From Bryobacterales bacterium (lineage in GTDB: Bacteria > Acidobacteriota > Terriglobia > Bryobacterales > UBA6623), in the NCBI GenBank assembly GCA_963422375.2, contig OY729427.2, positions 1,504,001-1,568,000 of the forward strand: a stretch of DNA of 64,000 bases, given 5' to 3'. The translations under genes were made by a program, and so were the position numbers. Position 1 is the stretch's first letter; each line of letters starts with the position of its first letter. A model generated the notes under the pieces. That model had not been told where the DNA came from, ran no database searches, and saw only the letters and a program-made list of their open reading frames with translations. Positions 62,989-64,000 of the stretch are shown here, piece by piece.

Positions 62989-64000
62989 TCAGTCGGCGGT
63001 CGGCTCGGCGAGCGGGTCGGCCCGCCGACAGCGCAGGCCGATGCGCCGCGACTGCTCGTTCAATTCGAGGACCTCGAACTCGTAGGTCCGTCCGGGCTGC
63101 AGGCGGCGCTCGCCCTTGGGCGACTGGGAGACGTGGCAGAGGCCCTCGACACCGGGGGCCAGCTCAACGAAGGACCCGAACTTCACGCTGCGCCGCACCA
63201 CGCCGGCCACGGTGTCGCCGACGGCGTGCTGGCCTAGGAAAGTGTCCCAGGCGTCCGGCTCGAGCTGCTTCAGGCCCAGCGAGAGGCGCCTCTTGTCCTT
63301 GTCGACGTGCAGGACGACGGTGTTGATTTGCTGGCCCTCGCGGGCCGCTTCGCTCGGGTTCCGCGCGCGAGCATCCCAGGAGAGGTCCGAGACATGCACC
63401 AAGCCCTCGATCCCTTCCACGACTTCCACGAAGAGGCCGTACGAGGCCACGCGGCGGACGACGCCCTCCACCACCATGCCCACGTCGAGGCTGGATGCAT
63501 ACTGGTCCCAAGGGTCCTGGACGAGCCGCTTGAAGCTCAGCGAGATGCGCCGGTCGTCGCGATTCACGTCCAGCACCACGGCCTCGCTCTCCGCTCCGGG
63601 CGAGAAGGTCTTGGATGGATGCTTGGGGCGACGGGACCATTCGATCTCCGAGATGTGGACCAGGCCTTCGACCCCGGACTCGAGCTCGATGAAGGCACCG
63701 TAGTCCTCGACGCTCGAGACGCGGCCGCGCACGCGGTCGCCCGGCGCGTAGCGCTCGGCGACGGTCGCCCATGGATCGGGCGACATCGCTCGCAAACTCA
63801 GTGCCACGCGCTCCTTCTCCGTGTCGATCCGCAGGACCCTGGCGGTCACCTCCTGACCCGGCGCGAGTAAGCCGGAAGGGTTGCCGACGCGGCCGTACGA
63901 CAGCTCCGTCAGCTTGATCAAGCCGTCGATGCCACCGAGGTCGACGAACACGCCGTAGCTGGTGATGTTGCGGACGACGCCGGCGGCGGGCTCGCCGACG
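62989..64000 (-). CDS. rpsA: 30S ribosomal protein bS1 (5' part lies beyond the window)
   Basis: Tandem S1 domains YG.FV.L..G..GL.H.S; ISLS.K....DPW linkers. Confidence 0.93.
   Translation of the reverse strand, partial: VGEPAAGVVRNITSYGVFVDLGGIDGLIKLTELSYGRVGNPSGLLAPGQEVTARVLRIDTEKERVALSLRAMSPDPWATVAERYAPGDRVRGRVSSVEDYGAFIELESGVEGLVHISEIEWSRRPKHPSKTFSPGAESEAVVLDVNRDDRRISLSFKRLVQDPWDQYASSLDVGMVVEGVVRRVASYGLFVEVVEGIEGLVHVSDLSWDARARNPSEAAREGQQINTVVLHVDKDKRRLSLGLKQLEPDAWDTFLGQHAVGDTVAGVVRRSVKFGSFVELAPGVEGLCHVSQSPKGERRLQPGRTYEFEVLELNEQSRRIGLRCRRADPLAEPTAD

Overview
High-GC bacterial chromosome segment, probably Acidobacteriota (inferred from the uL14 sequence, gene order and accessory gene content). 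Bases 1-19.1 kb hold the complete str-S10-spc-alpha ribosomal superoperon on the minus strand (rpsL to rplQ), driven by a near-consensus sigma70 promoter. It has several oddities: a 30-aa basic insertion in uL5, a zinc-less uS4, a C-terminally short uL24, a very divergent IF-1 and no adk. The rest of the window mixes housekeeping genes (gyrA, purE, mltD-like, fpg-like, dusB, hemC-hemA-ccsA, HIT, ihfB, partial rpsA) with envelope and glycan genes (wzm/wzt, GT2-GT4 fusion, sialate O-acetylesterase, CE15 esterase, M28 peptidase). It also carries an intact uncharacterised DUF1549/1553-DUF1501-PPC operon. Three decaying accessory patches are present: a DUF4338/IS4 relic (about 19.8-20.3 kb); a multi-frameshift pseudogene beside a truncated DNA methyltransferase (31.4-33.6 kb); and an HTH/NUDIX/small-ORF module cut by an IS1595 that contains an ISNCY-type transposase (43.6-47.0 kb). 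No rRNA, tRNA or CRISPR array was recognised. All family assignments come from motif recognition by eye, not from database searches.
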